64,000 nt of DNA from Octopus vulgaris (GCA_951406725.2 OX597814.1:177692001-177756000); one strand, 5' to 3'. Shown: positions 28,486 through 38,732, numbered from the stretch's first letter. The notes: a model not told the origin generated them from the letters alone. Translations and numbers: made by a program.

Positions 28486-30597
28486 GTATTTATTAATAAG
28501 GTGGGATTCCATGGTTATTCGCTGGGTATGAGTGGCATTGTCTTTAAATTTGTAGAGGGGAAAGATTCTAAAATTGGGATGGAGTTGTGCGGCACAGGTA
28601 TCAATATGTGCACTAAATGCTATTTTTCTATATTCCTGTATTTTTATTTGGGATCTGTGGACAGTCATGCGTTGGCGGAGGCTATTTTTTGTTTGGCCTA
28701 TGTAGTGTTCATTACAAGTTAAGACATATACTAGGTTTTCTGATGCGCATGTGAAGTTGTGTTTTACTGTGAAACGTTGTCCTTGTTTAAAAAGGAATTC
28801 CGGACCTTCTATTAGGTTGATGCATATACCACAGTTGGGTCTATTGCATTTGTTTACTGTGGGTTTAGTTGTTGTGGTTGGCAGTACTTTGGCATTTGTT
28901 AGGATGGTTTTCAATGATTTGGGTTGCCTTTTGCTCTTTATGATTTCGTGTGTTAGGAGGATTTGGTTCATTCTATGGTCCTTTTGTAATACAGGAATGT
29001 TCTGGAGGATGGTGTCAAAAGCTTCATTGTTGAGGGGGTTGTGTGTAGAGATGTATGGTAGAGTATGGGGTTTCGATGTAACAGGTTTAGGGCGTCTAAG
29101 TTCCTGCGTGCTGAGTTTTAGGGCGCGTTGGATCCCATTGTCAATTAGTGACGTGGGGTAATCCCTGCTTGTTAATGTGCCCTTGAGTTCTTGTAGACGT
29201 AAGAGACGGGTGTTTTTATTGGAGACTATAGTGCAAATTCTCTTGGCTAAGTTGTAGGGAATGTTAATTTTAACGTGTCTAGGGTGGCATGAATTGAAAG
29301 GGAGGTATTGCTTGGAGTCTGTGGGCTTGTAGTATATGTCTGTTTCTATTTTTTTGTTGTGAATTTTAATGAGGATGTCGAGGAAGGGAATTTGTTGAGG
29401 GCTGTATTCCATTGTGAAAATAATGTTTGTGTTGAGCCCATTTATAAGAGTGTGAAATTCGTTAAGCTTCTCGACGGTTTCGGGCCAAAGGATGAAGCAG
29501 TCATCAAGATATCTCTTCCAGTTCTTCTCTATGTGTGTGTGGAGAGTGGTGCCAAATTGGTTAAGAACGTTATTATAGAGGGTGATTTCCAGGTATCCCA
29601 TGACTAAGTTTGCGTAAGTGGGAGCTGTTTTCGTTCCCATTGCCGTCCCTGATTTCTGTCTGTAGAAATTGTTGTTGAAGGTGAAGAAATTATTCTCTAA
29701 GATGAATTTGAGTCCTTCTAAAATAAATTCCTTTTTGATGCGGTGTGGGAGTTCGTTGGAGTAATTATCCAGCCAGAATTGGATAGCTTCTATTCCTAGG
29801 TTGTGGGAGATGTTGGAGTAAAGATTGACTACATCGAATGTTACTAGCAGGGTTTGTTCAGCAAGAAGTGTATTGGGGAGGTGGTTGAGCATATCTAGAT
29901 CGACCCTTATGTAGCTTTTAATGTGTTTGAGGAACGGCTTGAGAAGGGTATCAATGAAGTTGCTAAGGCGGTGGGTTTCGCAAGCGGGACCTGCTATTAT
30001 AGGTCTCAATTTGAGGTCATTTGGTGAGGGGACATTGATTACAGAGTTTGTGGCTTCCTTGCATGCCTTACTTATTAATTCGCTTTTATGAATTTTGGGA
30101 ATACCGTAGAAGAGGCTGGTTTTACTAGTGAAATTTGTGATGAAGTTGAATTCTTTGTTAGTGAGTTCTTCTTTGTGGGGGTTGATCAGTGTTTTTAAGT
30201 TTCTCATAATTTTCTGTTGATTGTAGTGTTCAGCCTTTTCGTAATATGTTCCATTTTCCAAGGTGGAGAGTGCTAAGTTGATATAGTATTCTGTCTCCAT
30301 TAAGACTACTGCACTTCCTTTATCGGCCTCTTTAATGGTGATAGATCTTTCATTTTTTAATTTGTTTAATTCTTCCCACTCTTTCTTGTTGAGGTTTGGT
30401 TTGGGTTTTGGTTTGTGTAAGTGTTGGTAGGGGAAGTTTGTAATGTGCTCACAGAATTCGTCTAGGATTTTATTTCTACCTTTTCGTGGGGTGTAGTTGC
30501 TTTTATTTCTAGCTAGTGACTCATCCTCATTGTGCTGGTCGAATAGTTCCTCACTAAGTCGCAATTTTCTACAAAATTCTGTAATGTCTTCCTTCAT
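28459..30597 (-). CDS. PLE reverse transcriptase + GIY-YIG endonuclease (712 aa in the track; the frame probably starts further upstream)
   Basis: Motifs ITIKEADKG, FYGIPKIHK, LRPIIAG, TFDVVNLYSNI, GTAMGTKTAPTYANLVMG, RYLDD, IPFLDI, DIYYKPTDSKQYL..SCHP, Cx4Cx2C linker (CNRPNCGIC) and GIY-YIG (LVYVLTC..YIGQT..LRQRM..H). Confidence 0.95.
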   Translation of the reverse strand: MKEDITEFCRKLRLSEELFDQHNEDESLARNKSNYTPRKGRNKILDEFCEHITNFPYQHLHKPKPKPNLNKKEWEELNKLKNERSITIKEADKGSAVVLMETEYYINLALSTLENGTYYEKAEHYNQQKIMRNLKTLINPHKEELTNKEFNFITNFTSKTSLFYGIPKIHKSELISKACKEATNSVINVPSPNDLKLRPIIAGPACETHRLSNFIDTLLKPFLKHIKSYIRVDLDMLNHLPNTLLAEQTLLVTFDVVNLYSNISHNLGIEAIQFWLDNYSNELPHRIKKEFILEGLKFILENNFFTFNNNFYRQKSGTAMGTKTAPTYANLVMGYLEITLYNNVLNQFGTTLHTHIEKNWKRYLDDCFILWPETVEKLNEFHTLINGLNTNIIFTMEYSPQQIPFLDILIKIHNKKIETDIYYKPTDSKQYLPFNSCHPRHVKINIPYNLAKRICTIVSNKNTRLLRLQELKGTLTSRDYPTSLIDNGIQRALKLSTQELRRPKPVTSKPHTLPYISTHNPLNNEAFDTILQNIPVLQKDHRMNQILLTHEIIKSKRQPKSLKTILTNAKVLPTTTTKPTVNKCNRPNCGICINLIEGPEFLFKQGQRFTVKHNFTCASENLVYVLTCNEHYIGQTKNSLRQRMTVHRSQIKIQEYRKIAFSAHIDTCAAQLHPNFRIFPLYKFKDNATHTQRITMESHLINKYRPLLNTCP

Positions 30598-30616
30598 TTC
30601 GTAGTAGTTTGGACGT

Positions 30617-30803
30617 GGGGGGTTGGTGTGAATTTCAGACCTTTGGAGAGTAAGTTGAGAAGGTTGGGGTTGGGTTCTGTATTGGTTAAATTGATGACTT
30701 TAATTAGTTTATGTTTCTCTTCCCTGTCCTGTGTTATTTTGTTTGCCTGTATCTGTGTGCTGTGTCTAAAAAATGGTTGGGGTAGAGGGGTTGTCTGTTG
30801 GTG
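30617..30803 (-). CDS. ATG-less N-terminal segment of the PLE RT frame (..PFFRHSTQ..KVINLTNTEPNPNLLNLLSKGLKFTPTP)
   Basis: Manual translation. It carries the conserved PLE N-terminal K-V-I-N-L and LLSKGLKFTPTP motifs, is bounded upstream by TAA (30804-30806), and is separated from the main ORF by a 1-nt frameshift in a C6 run (30617-30622). Confidence 0.8.
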
Positions 30804-31244
30804 TTAGGAGGTCCTGTGTGTTTGTTATATTCCTTGTTGTGAAATATGGTTCGGGTTCGTGGTTGTGGATAGAATGGGGTGTTCCTGTATTGCGGGTGTT
30901 GGTGTGTGTTTCTTTGTGTTGTGATGGATTGTGGTGATATGAGTGGCCTGCGTGGGTGCTTGTATCGAGTGGTATGGGTTTGTTGTGTATTGTGAGAGTT
31001 GAGAAAGTGAAAATTACCTTGTTGTCCCCTCGTGGTGTGGATGTTGTTGTGTCTATCCTGGTAGTGGGATCCTCTTTTATTTGTTAATAAGGTATTCGAG
31101 TAGTTGTTGAGTTGTTGTGTATAGCGTCTCCTTGAAGAGGGAAATTCGTTAATGTAATTCTGGTGGTGAGAGTTTCCAGGGTTCTTGTTCCTCCTTATGG
31201 ACGTGGGGTAAGAAGGTACATCTTCAATATGCTGTTTCCTTCTT
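30734..31244 (-). CDS. Upstream PLE ORF (low-complexity, basic, N/H/T/R/Q-rich), 5'-truncated by the inverted pseudo-LTR
   Basis: Open for ~170 codons up to the inversion junction. It ends ..YPNHFLDTAHRYRQTK* and overlaps the RT frame by ~70 nt across a T TTT TTA heptamer. Confidence 0.6.
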
Positions 31245-31760
31245 AGACCACTTCTAAACACATGCCCCTAACACGAACCCACAACAAACACACTTACACC
31301 TGCACACACCCTACACACACCTTTACCCAGATATTAACACCATGACACACACAAATATATGGTTCCACACATACACATAATTGAATACGGGTGCAAAACA
31401 TCCAACACTATTTTTTGGAAATGGCTGTAAATATTGACTTCACACAAATACGTTGCTTCCCGATACAGGCACAAGGCCAGCAGAACTATAAATATTGAAA
31501 ATTGTACCCACACACACACACATATATACACGCGCGCGCGCCCCAACATACATATAAACACACACACACGCGCGCGCGCGCGCGCGCGCGCACACATACA
31601 TACATAGAGCTCTCCCTGTTCTAAACGAACTTACTTATCCAGTCAAGCGGAAAATACACTCCCTAACTACGCGCTAAAAAGCTATTTAAAATATCCACAT
31701 GACGTCTACTGACCAGCCTGAACAATAAGAATTTTCAACAACACTATTTTCGAAAATTCT

Positions 31761-31972
31761 AAACATTCACGTGACCTCTTTATTATGGCCAATAAGAAAT
31801 TTTAGGCGGGACACTAGCCAAATTTTAACTTCTCTGGAGCCTTTTTTCTTACCCCAACACCAACTTCCATTCAAACATTCACGTGACCCCTTCATAATGA
31901 CCAATCAAAATTTTAGGCGCGAAACCAAGCAAATCCAAAACAACTCTGGAGCCTCTTTTTTTCACATATAAG
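31761..31972 (+). promoter_or_regulatory. Putative pseudo-LTR promoter: two ~112-bp units, each E-box + CCAAT + E2F-like site, then a TATA-like box (mirror copy at 27758-27969, minus)
   Basis: CACGTG at 31768 and 31880; CCAAT at 31789 and 31901; GGCGGGA at 31805 and GGCGCGAAA at 31916; CATATAAG at 31965. Confidence 0.55.
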
Positions 31973-31993
31973 AGACAGACTCTAATCTCTCTT

Positions 31994-32037
31994 TTATATT
32001 TTGATAAGCATAACAAATGCGCAACCGGTAAATAGAA
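31994..32037 (+). ncRNA. Minimal type I hammerhead ribozyme motif, variant core (U3-A8, C13)
   Basis: TATT [TTGATAA] GCAT-AACAA-ATGC [GCAA] C-CG-G [TA] AATA: stem I, stem II and a palindromic stem III (ACCGGT) at canonical spacing, at the 3' end of the pseudo-LTR. Confidence 0.75.
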
Positions 32038-32097
32038 CTTTCACCTAATTAAATTACTTAAATTACTTCAATTATTTGTCAGCATTTTCTTCATTTC

Positions 32098-32139
<42 letters not shown>

Positions 32140-32141
<2 letters not shown>

Positions 32142-33123
32142 CCCAAAACCTTCTTGACCTAATGGTCCACAGTTTCTTTCTTGATCCCACCTCACAATCT
32201 GGCTCGTTCTCCTGCTCCTGCCCACGCTGCCGCAATTGTCTCTATCTCTCCAACACCACCATCCTCACAAGCACCCATCATCGTCCCTTCTAGCAACGTC
32301 ATTTACAGCATCTCCTGCTTTCTCTCTTTCTCTGTACATCGGTCAAACGGGATACTGGTTGGCTGACTGGTTGGCGGAGCACCTCCGAGACATTGGACTC
32401 GACAATGACATCCCGGTGTCACGTCAGTTCCGCACTACCGGTGATCCATTACAAGACCTGTCCTTGTTTGTATTATCTTTGCACGGTCACCATCGCCGTG
32501 AACAAGTATTAGTCTTCTCTCTTCGCTCCTTTGTGCAAATTGACTCCAACTCCCCTCCCCTCTTCCTCTAATTCCCCTCCTCTCTTCTCTCCATCTGACA
32601 CCTACTTCCTCTCTTCACTCCTAACCACCCCTCCTCTCCTCTCTTGTCCTCACACCTACTTTCCTTCTGAACTCCTACCCACCTCTCCTCCCTTGTCTTG
32701 GCACCTACTTCTGCTCTTCACTGCTATCCACCTTCTCCCTTCAGTGATACACCCTCCGACCACACCAATCCCCAAATACCACTCCCACACACATCACCCC
32801 TACCCCCATATCCTCATCCCAAACCCACACTCTACCCACAGCCCAACACCGCCACACTACACACCACCACACCACACCATATCACACCAGCCCGCTGGTC
32901 ACTCCCCACCACTCACATTATCCACGGAACCACACATTAGTGACGCACACACTTACACACGCACGTGCACCTTTGTTTAGGGATCCCCAATACTTTATTG
33001 TCTCCCCTTCTTCCTAGCTCTCCACTGTAACTAACTCTGTACAGCCTGTTGCCATTGATTGATCGCTAACTCCTAAAGATTTTTATTCTCCCTCTCTTTA
33101 TTTCCTCGTGTTCCTTTTTGTTG
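32140..33123 (+). mobile_element. 3' fragment of a different PLE family (GIY-YIG remnant + C-rich 3' UTR/pseudo-LTR)
   Basis: Frameshifted SSNVIYSISC / SLYIGQTGYWLADWLAEHLRDI..PVSRQF..REQVLVFSL. It ends at (TA)n in what looks like the start of a hammerhead motif. Confidence 0.8.
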
Positions 33124-33155
<32 letters not shown>

Positions 33156-33927
33156 TACATAACAGCAAACAAGTGTATTAGTTTGACGCTCGGGAAAAAA
33201 AATGTCTTTCACGTTTCGAGCCTACGCTCTTAAACTGAAAGGAATAATAGTAAATAAACAGAGAGTGTATGGGATAAAAAAGAAACTGAACTATTATGTA
33301 TGATAATGTAGCCTGTAGTATCGTCTTTTTTTTTTAGATATCTTCATCACCGTGTTGCGCTGTTGGAGGGCTATTTTATATTTTGCGTCAGTGATATATC
33401 ATTTTATTTCTTAAGGTTTTCTACCGCATGTTCCACATCACTTCCCGATATTTCCCTTTCCGGCACAGGAATGCAGCAGCTGTCACACATCGATAGATGC
33501 TAGTCGTCTTCTTCCGTTATAATCACCACCATTAAATAAGCGAATTCTACGTTTTCGGTCGATATGTGAAGCACAGCAACCGGATATCTTCCAAATCACA
33601 TACCATCAGTTAAATAGGATGTGTCTACCTACCTACCTACCTACCTACCTACCTAAGTATACATACACACACAATCACACACACTACATATACTATGAAA
33701 AAGCGCAGATGTCAGTCTCAAGGAAGTATGACCTATTAGCTGGTATTGCACTTTTTCTAATTGCTAAGTTTGTATGTAATCCCGAGCAGACATATTTACC
33801 TTCTCGACCCTCTCATCCCGAAACCAGTGAGCGTCGTAGATGTGATACCTAAAGATAGAGAAGGCTATAGTAGAGGTCAGTTGGAGGTCACTGTCATCAG
33901 AGAAAATCGGAACAACGGGAAATGTTA

Positions 33928-34147
33928 ATACAATTCTATATTTAAGAGATGAGGAATTATGTACATTATTTACATCATTTACATTTGAAGGATATTTGTC
34001 CTCATCTTGTTTGTTTTTAGCACAGCGTTTCGGCTGATAAAGCTGACGAAGGCTGGAGGGTATATGAACCGAAACATTGTGCGAACAACAGAAAGATGAG
34101 GACAAATATCCGTGAAATGTAAATAATGAACATGAAATGTTGTACAT
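33928..34147. repeat. Head-to-head inverted duplication of a hammerhead-bearing repeat
   Basis: 33928-34039 is the reverse complement of ~34062-34147 (gccgaaac..caagatgaggacaaatatcc..aaatgtaaat). CTGACGA-A-GG..CC-GAAAC lies at 34043-34075. Confidence 0.7.
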
Positions 34148-34464
34148 CGCTCTATGAAATAACTCATCATCTCGTTCAAGAATTGATTCACAAAACATAC
34201 GATCGTACGTTCAACTATCTAACCACTAAGACATCAACATAGATGTAATTAAATAATTCCAATATCTTGGCTTGCTATTTCGCTTACGTTAGTATCTACT
34301 TTACTATTAGTTTTCCACAATACAGGCACATTAGTTAATTTCCGTTTAGCTATTAATGCGTTATCTTTTCTGGAACTATACGTAAAATATATTGAATAGA
34401 CATACATCGACTAATGCCACAACTCGTTCTCGTTACCCTCTCATCTGTCATCATTTGCATATTC

Positions 34465-34522
<58 letters not shown>

Positions 34523-35278
34523 TACATACATATATATACATACATAAACATATATATACATACATACACACATACATATATATATACATAATCATATATA
34601 TACATACATACACACATACATATATATATATATACATGCATACAAATGTAAATACATACACAATATATACACACATCCACATTAATGTTTAATCCTAGGA
34701 ATTAATATCCAGTGCATAGAACTATAATATAAGACGCTGCATCCTGTACTTGTTTGCACACATGCACTTCACTTACTTTCATGCTTCCTTTCTCTGATAA
34801 GCAACCACACAATCTGTGCCGAAAAATAAGTGATTTTCTTCTTAAAATTTCTTTGAATTTACAACCCTCACAGGCACACACACACAGACGCACACACATC
34901 ATGCATATATGTATATATATATATACCTCGCAGTTTACTTTTTAAAGCTCGTCTACAGGTATAAATTGCATAATTGTATAATTATGATTCGGCAATGATC
35001 TGATGATAAAGTGGCGACGAAATGATTGTAGTATGTAATAATGTGTATTGTTCAATCTATTCTCTGTTGCTAATACACACACACACACACACACACACAC
35101 ATACGTATGCATATATTTTATATATGAGCATTGGTTTTGTATTTAGATGACAATGTTCACTATGTGAATTCGTGTATTGAAAGGAATCTTGTCTGTTGCA
35201 GTTGTTCTCTTTTTACTTGTATTTATTTGTATGGATTACCTTGGCGTAATGACCTTCACAATACACCATCTATCCATA

Positions 35279-35342
<64 letters not shown>

Positions 35343-36210
35343 CATCCGTCTAGCAATCTTTCTACATACATATATATTTCACATTACGTGCTCATGTACT
35401 TCGTATAGCTGTGTGTATATGTAAATGTATAACTATATTTGAATATATTTTTCTGTAATTTTATTACCAAAATTTGTGAATAACGGTAAGAACAACCAAC
35501 AAAATAAGGTTTCCTGTGATATTCTTCCAACTGAATTTCACAAATAAATGCTCGTGACTCTCACCATCGTAAATTCGCAAAAGCATTGATAGTCTTTCTG
35601 TAAAACTCTAACTCACTTAGTAATTGCTTATAAAATATAATACAAAATTAGATAAATTATCTCCTAACGAAAGACATTTTAAATCTGCTGATATAACTTT
35701 AAACGTGGAAGACAAAATAAGCTTCGATATACAACGATGATATGATTATATTTACTCACAAAAACAGGTAAACTTTAAAATTCAAACAGTGGACAACAAA
35801 GCTTAAAAAATACTTAATATTATATATTTTACATATTAACAGTAACGAGGTAACCTCCTGCAAATTCAATATATATAAAATAGAAATGCGAATGAATGTT
35901 AAAAAACAATGAAAATAAAACTCTTGCAGATAAAGCATAACATTTGATGAAAACAAATGTTTCTAGGGCAGAAAATCTTTTAAAACTGCGTTTCGATGAA
36001 ACCCAAAATAGAAATTAAAAACAAGAGAAGATGGAAAGAAAAGCAGGAAATATATATCAAGAGTCACAAGACATCAAAGAACAACAGGAAGTAAAAGTAG
36101 AGTAAGAGAGCGGAGAAAAACAGGATAAAAAAAGTACATCAGTACATCCATACATCTGTCGGTATTCATATATATGTAGATATTTAGATATAAACACTCG
36201 AACACACATT

Positions 36211-36242
<32 letters not shown>

Positions 36243-36312
36243 AACCTACACATACATATATATATACATATATACATAAATACATGAAATATTCGCAAAT
36301 AAAATATACATG

Positions 36313-36358
<46 letters not shown>

Positions 36359-37288
36359 ATAGTATATACATGTCTGTATGAGTATGTATATATATATGTG
36401 TATATATATATATACATATATATATACATTTATGCATACATACACAAATACATGTTTATATAAATGCATACGCACGGGTGTGTGAATGTGTTTGTGTGTT
36501 TGTGTGTGTGCGTGTTGTGTATATCTATGTGTATCTATGTCTACACACATTATGCATACTTGCATGTGGAATGCTAAGAGAGCAAGATGCTGGAGAAAGT
36601 AATATTGAATAATTTGTAAATGTATGATTTCATTTTGTGTCAGATCGATAACATTACATGCAGTATTGATTGTATTTGAGTTGTTAAAGGAAAGAACAAG
36701 ATCTCGGGATAGCGAAATAGAATTAATGGAGAAAAGAATATGTAAGCACATGCTTACACACGAACATACACATCATACACATATACATATGTCTGTGTGT
36801 GTATTTGTGAAAATTTATGTATGTGTACACGTGTCTACGTGTTCGTATATTTATGTAAATCCCTCTAAGAATTACTGAGCTACATTTTCTAGCGGGGACT
36901 TACCATAAAACAACAACAATAATAATGATGATGATGACAAATGTATTTTGGATATGTAGCTATATGTCGAAAAGAAATGGGCTGTAGGAAGGTAGGTAAC
37001 GACAAATCAATAACAGAAAGATGACAAACAGTGAATGAAATTGGTAAACTAGATAAGAATTCGGTGAGAGAAAACGAAGGCAAAGAACAGAATTATAATA
37101 AAAATTGTTTTTATGAAAAAATGTGGTCCAAATGTGTAGAGAAATGAAATGTTATTCTCTGAGGTACAGAATAACGAATATAATACACTTTAAACGATAG
37201 GGAAGAAAAAAAAGAGAACAAAGTCGTATATATACAAACATCACTTACACACGTACCATCACCATTACGCGTTTGCATATGAATATAA

Positions 37289-37322
<34 letters not shown>

Positions 37323-38332
37323 ATATGTATATATAAATAAATATATATATATATATATGTATATATAAATATATATGCATGTATGTATGTATTTATCCGT
37401 TAGACAAATATATGAAAATAAAAAAATCGAATATGCCATAAAATTCTCGAAACGCAGTGACATTTGGAGAATACTTTCAAGGCAGGTGCATTAACAATGG
37501 CTGACACTCTGATTGCTCTGACGTCACAGCGTTACAAGGAACTTTTCGACAGACAATTATTTGAGAGTTACGGGAATATCTGGTTTTCTGCTAGACTAAG
37601 CATTTGTTAACGTCACGCCTCGTACTTACTCCACTTCATCTTTTAGTCTCCAATTTACCAATGTAGAAACGTTGACAGCTGAGACTTACGGACGAATCAC
37701 AGTGCAACTCAACATTATTTTCACATAACATTTCATAGTGATTTCTCTTAATATCTTATAATCTCCTCTCAAGCGATAATAGCAAGAAAATTTAAACTAA
37801 TGGTACATTTTATAATGCTTTCTAAATCATATACATATGTCTATTTTACTTTTATCTGTATTTGTCCGAATGCACATACATACATACAAGTAGTACCCAA
37901 ACATTACTCTTTGCGTGATTCTTTTATATAAATTTAGCGGTTTTTTTTTTTTTTTTTTTTTTTTTCACATGAACAATCTTGAGAGCATTTTCGTATAAGA
38001 GGCTACAGTTTTACTTATGAATACAAATTTACTTAGAAAAGCTACAAGAACAAATGATAGAGATACAGACAGATAGATATCGAGAAACGTAGAAGATGAA
38101 AAGGCGGCGAAGATAGAGTGGCTAGAAAAGAAAAAAAATTATATGTCTCGGTTAGTCAATAATATCCACAGAAAGTGCAATGTAAGTTCTGTGCAAGAGA
38201 AGCTGTGTGAGATGTGTCAGGTCATTCTCGTGCAAAAGACTGCATCTGTGTCTGGTGTATTCTTGCGACTTTATTTGATTTGAAGAACAATGTTAAGTAG
38301 TCGGTAGTTTAATCTCACTCCCTCTCTCTCAG

Positions 38333-38401
<69 letters not shown>

Positions 38402-38541
38402 ATATATACATACATATATATATATATATATATACATACATATATATATATATACATACATATATATATATATATACATACATATATATATATATACATA
38501 CATATATATATATATATACATACATATATATATATATATAT

Positions 38542-38596
<55 letters not shown>

Positions 38597-38659
38597 TATA
38601 CATATATACATACATATATATACATATATATATATATATACACATATATATATATATAT

Positions 38660-38698
<39 letters not shown>

Positions 38699-38701
38699 CA
38701 T

Positions 38702-38732
<31 letters not shown>

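Larger units (their letters stand above)
27588..32102 (-). mobile_element. Penelope-like retroelement (PLE), young, 5'-truncated/inverted copy with inverted pseudo-LTRs, inserted in (TA)n
   Basis: RT + C-terminal GIY-YIG ORF flanked by 858-bp inverted repeats (27628-28485 / 31245-32102). A ~40-nt extra 3' tail (27588-27627) is present on one arm only. (TA)n lies on both sides. Confidence 0.95.
31245..32102 (+). repeat. Inverted 5' pseudo-LTR (right arm)
   Basis: Reverse complement of 27628-28485; it includes the last codons of the RT-EN ORF. Confidence 0.95.

Noticed and set aside
28501-29607. Plus-strand ORFs antisense to the RT
   Set aside because: Shadow ORFs caused by strand composition; no domain features.
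28459-30597. Selenocysteine-recoded (Naiad-type) PLE
   Set aside because: No in-frame TGA in the ORF and no SECIS recognised; clade assignment needs a phylogeny.
30765-30775. ttttttag read as a splice acceptor instead of a slippery site
   Set aside because: The AG is absent in the 17506 copy and in a different phase in the 52681 copy, whereas the -1 phase is conserved in all three. Disfavoured, but not formally excluded.
32017-32082. Possible ATG + short intron (CCG|GTAAAT..TTTGTCAG) at the pseudo-LTR end
   Set aside because: The putative donor overlaps the hammerhead stem III and cleavage site, which explains the sequence. PLE introns exist, but this one cannot be supported without transcripts.
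34997-35035. CTGATGA..GAAA..TA hammerhead-like string
   Set aside because: No pairing for stems I or II.
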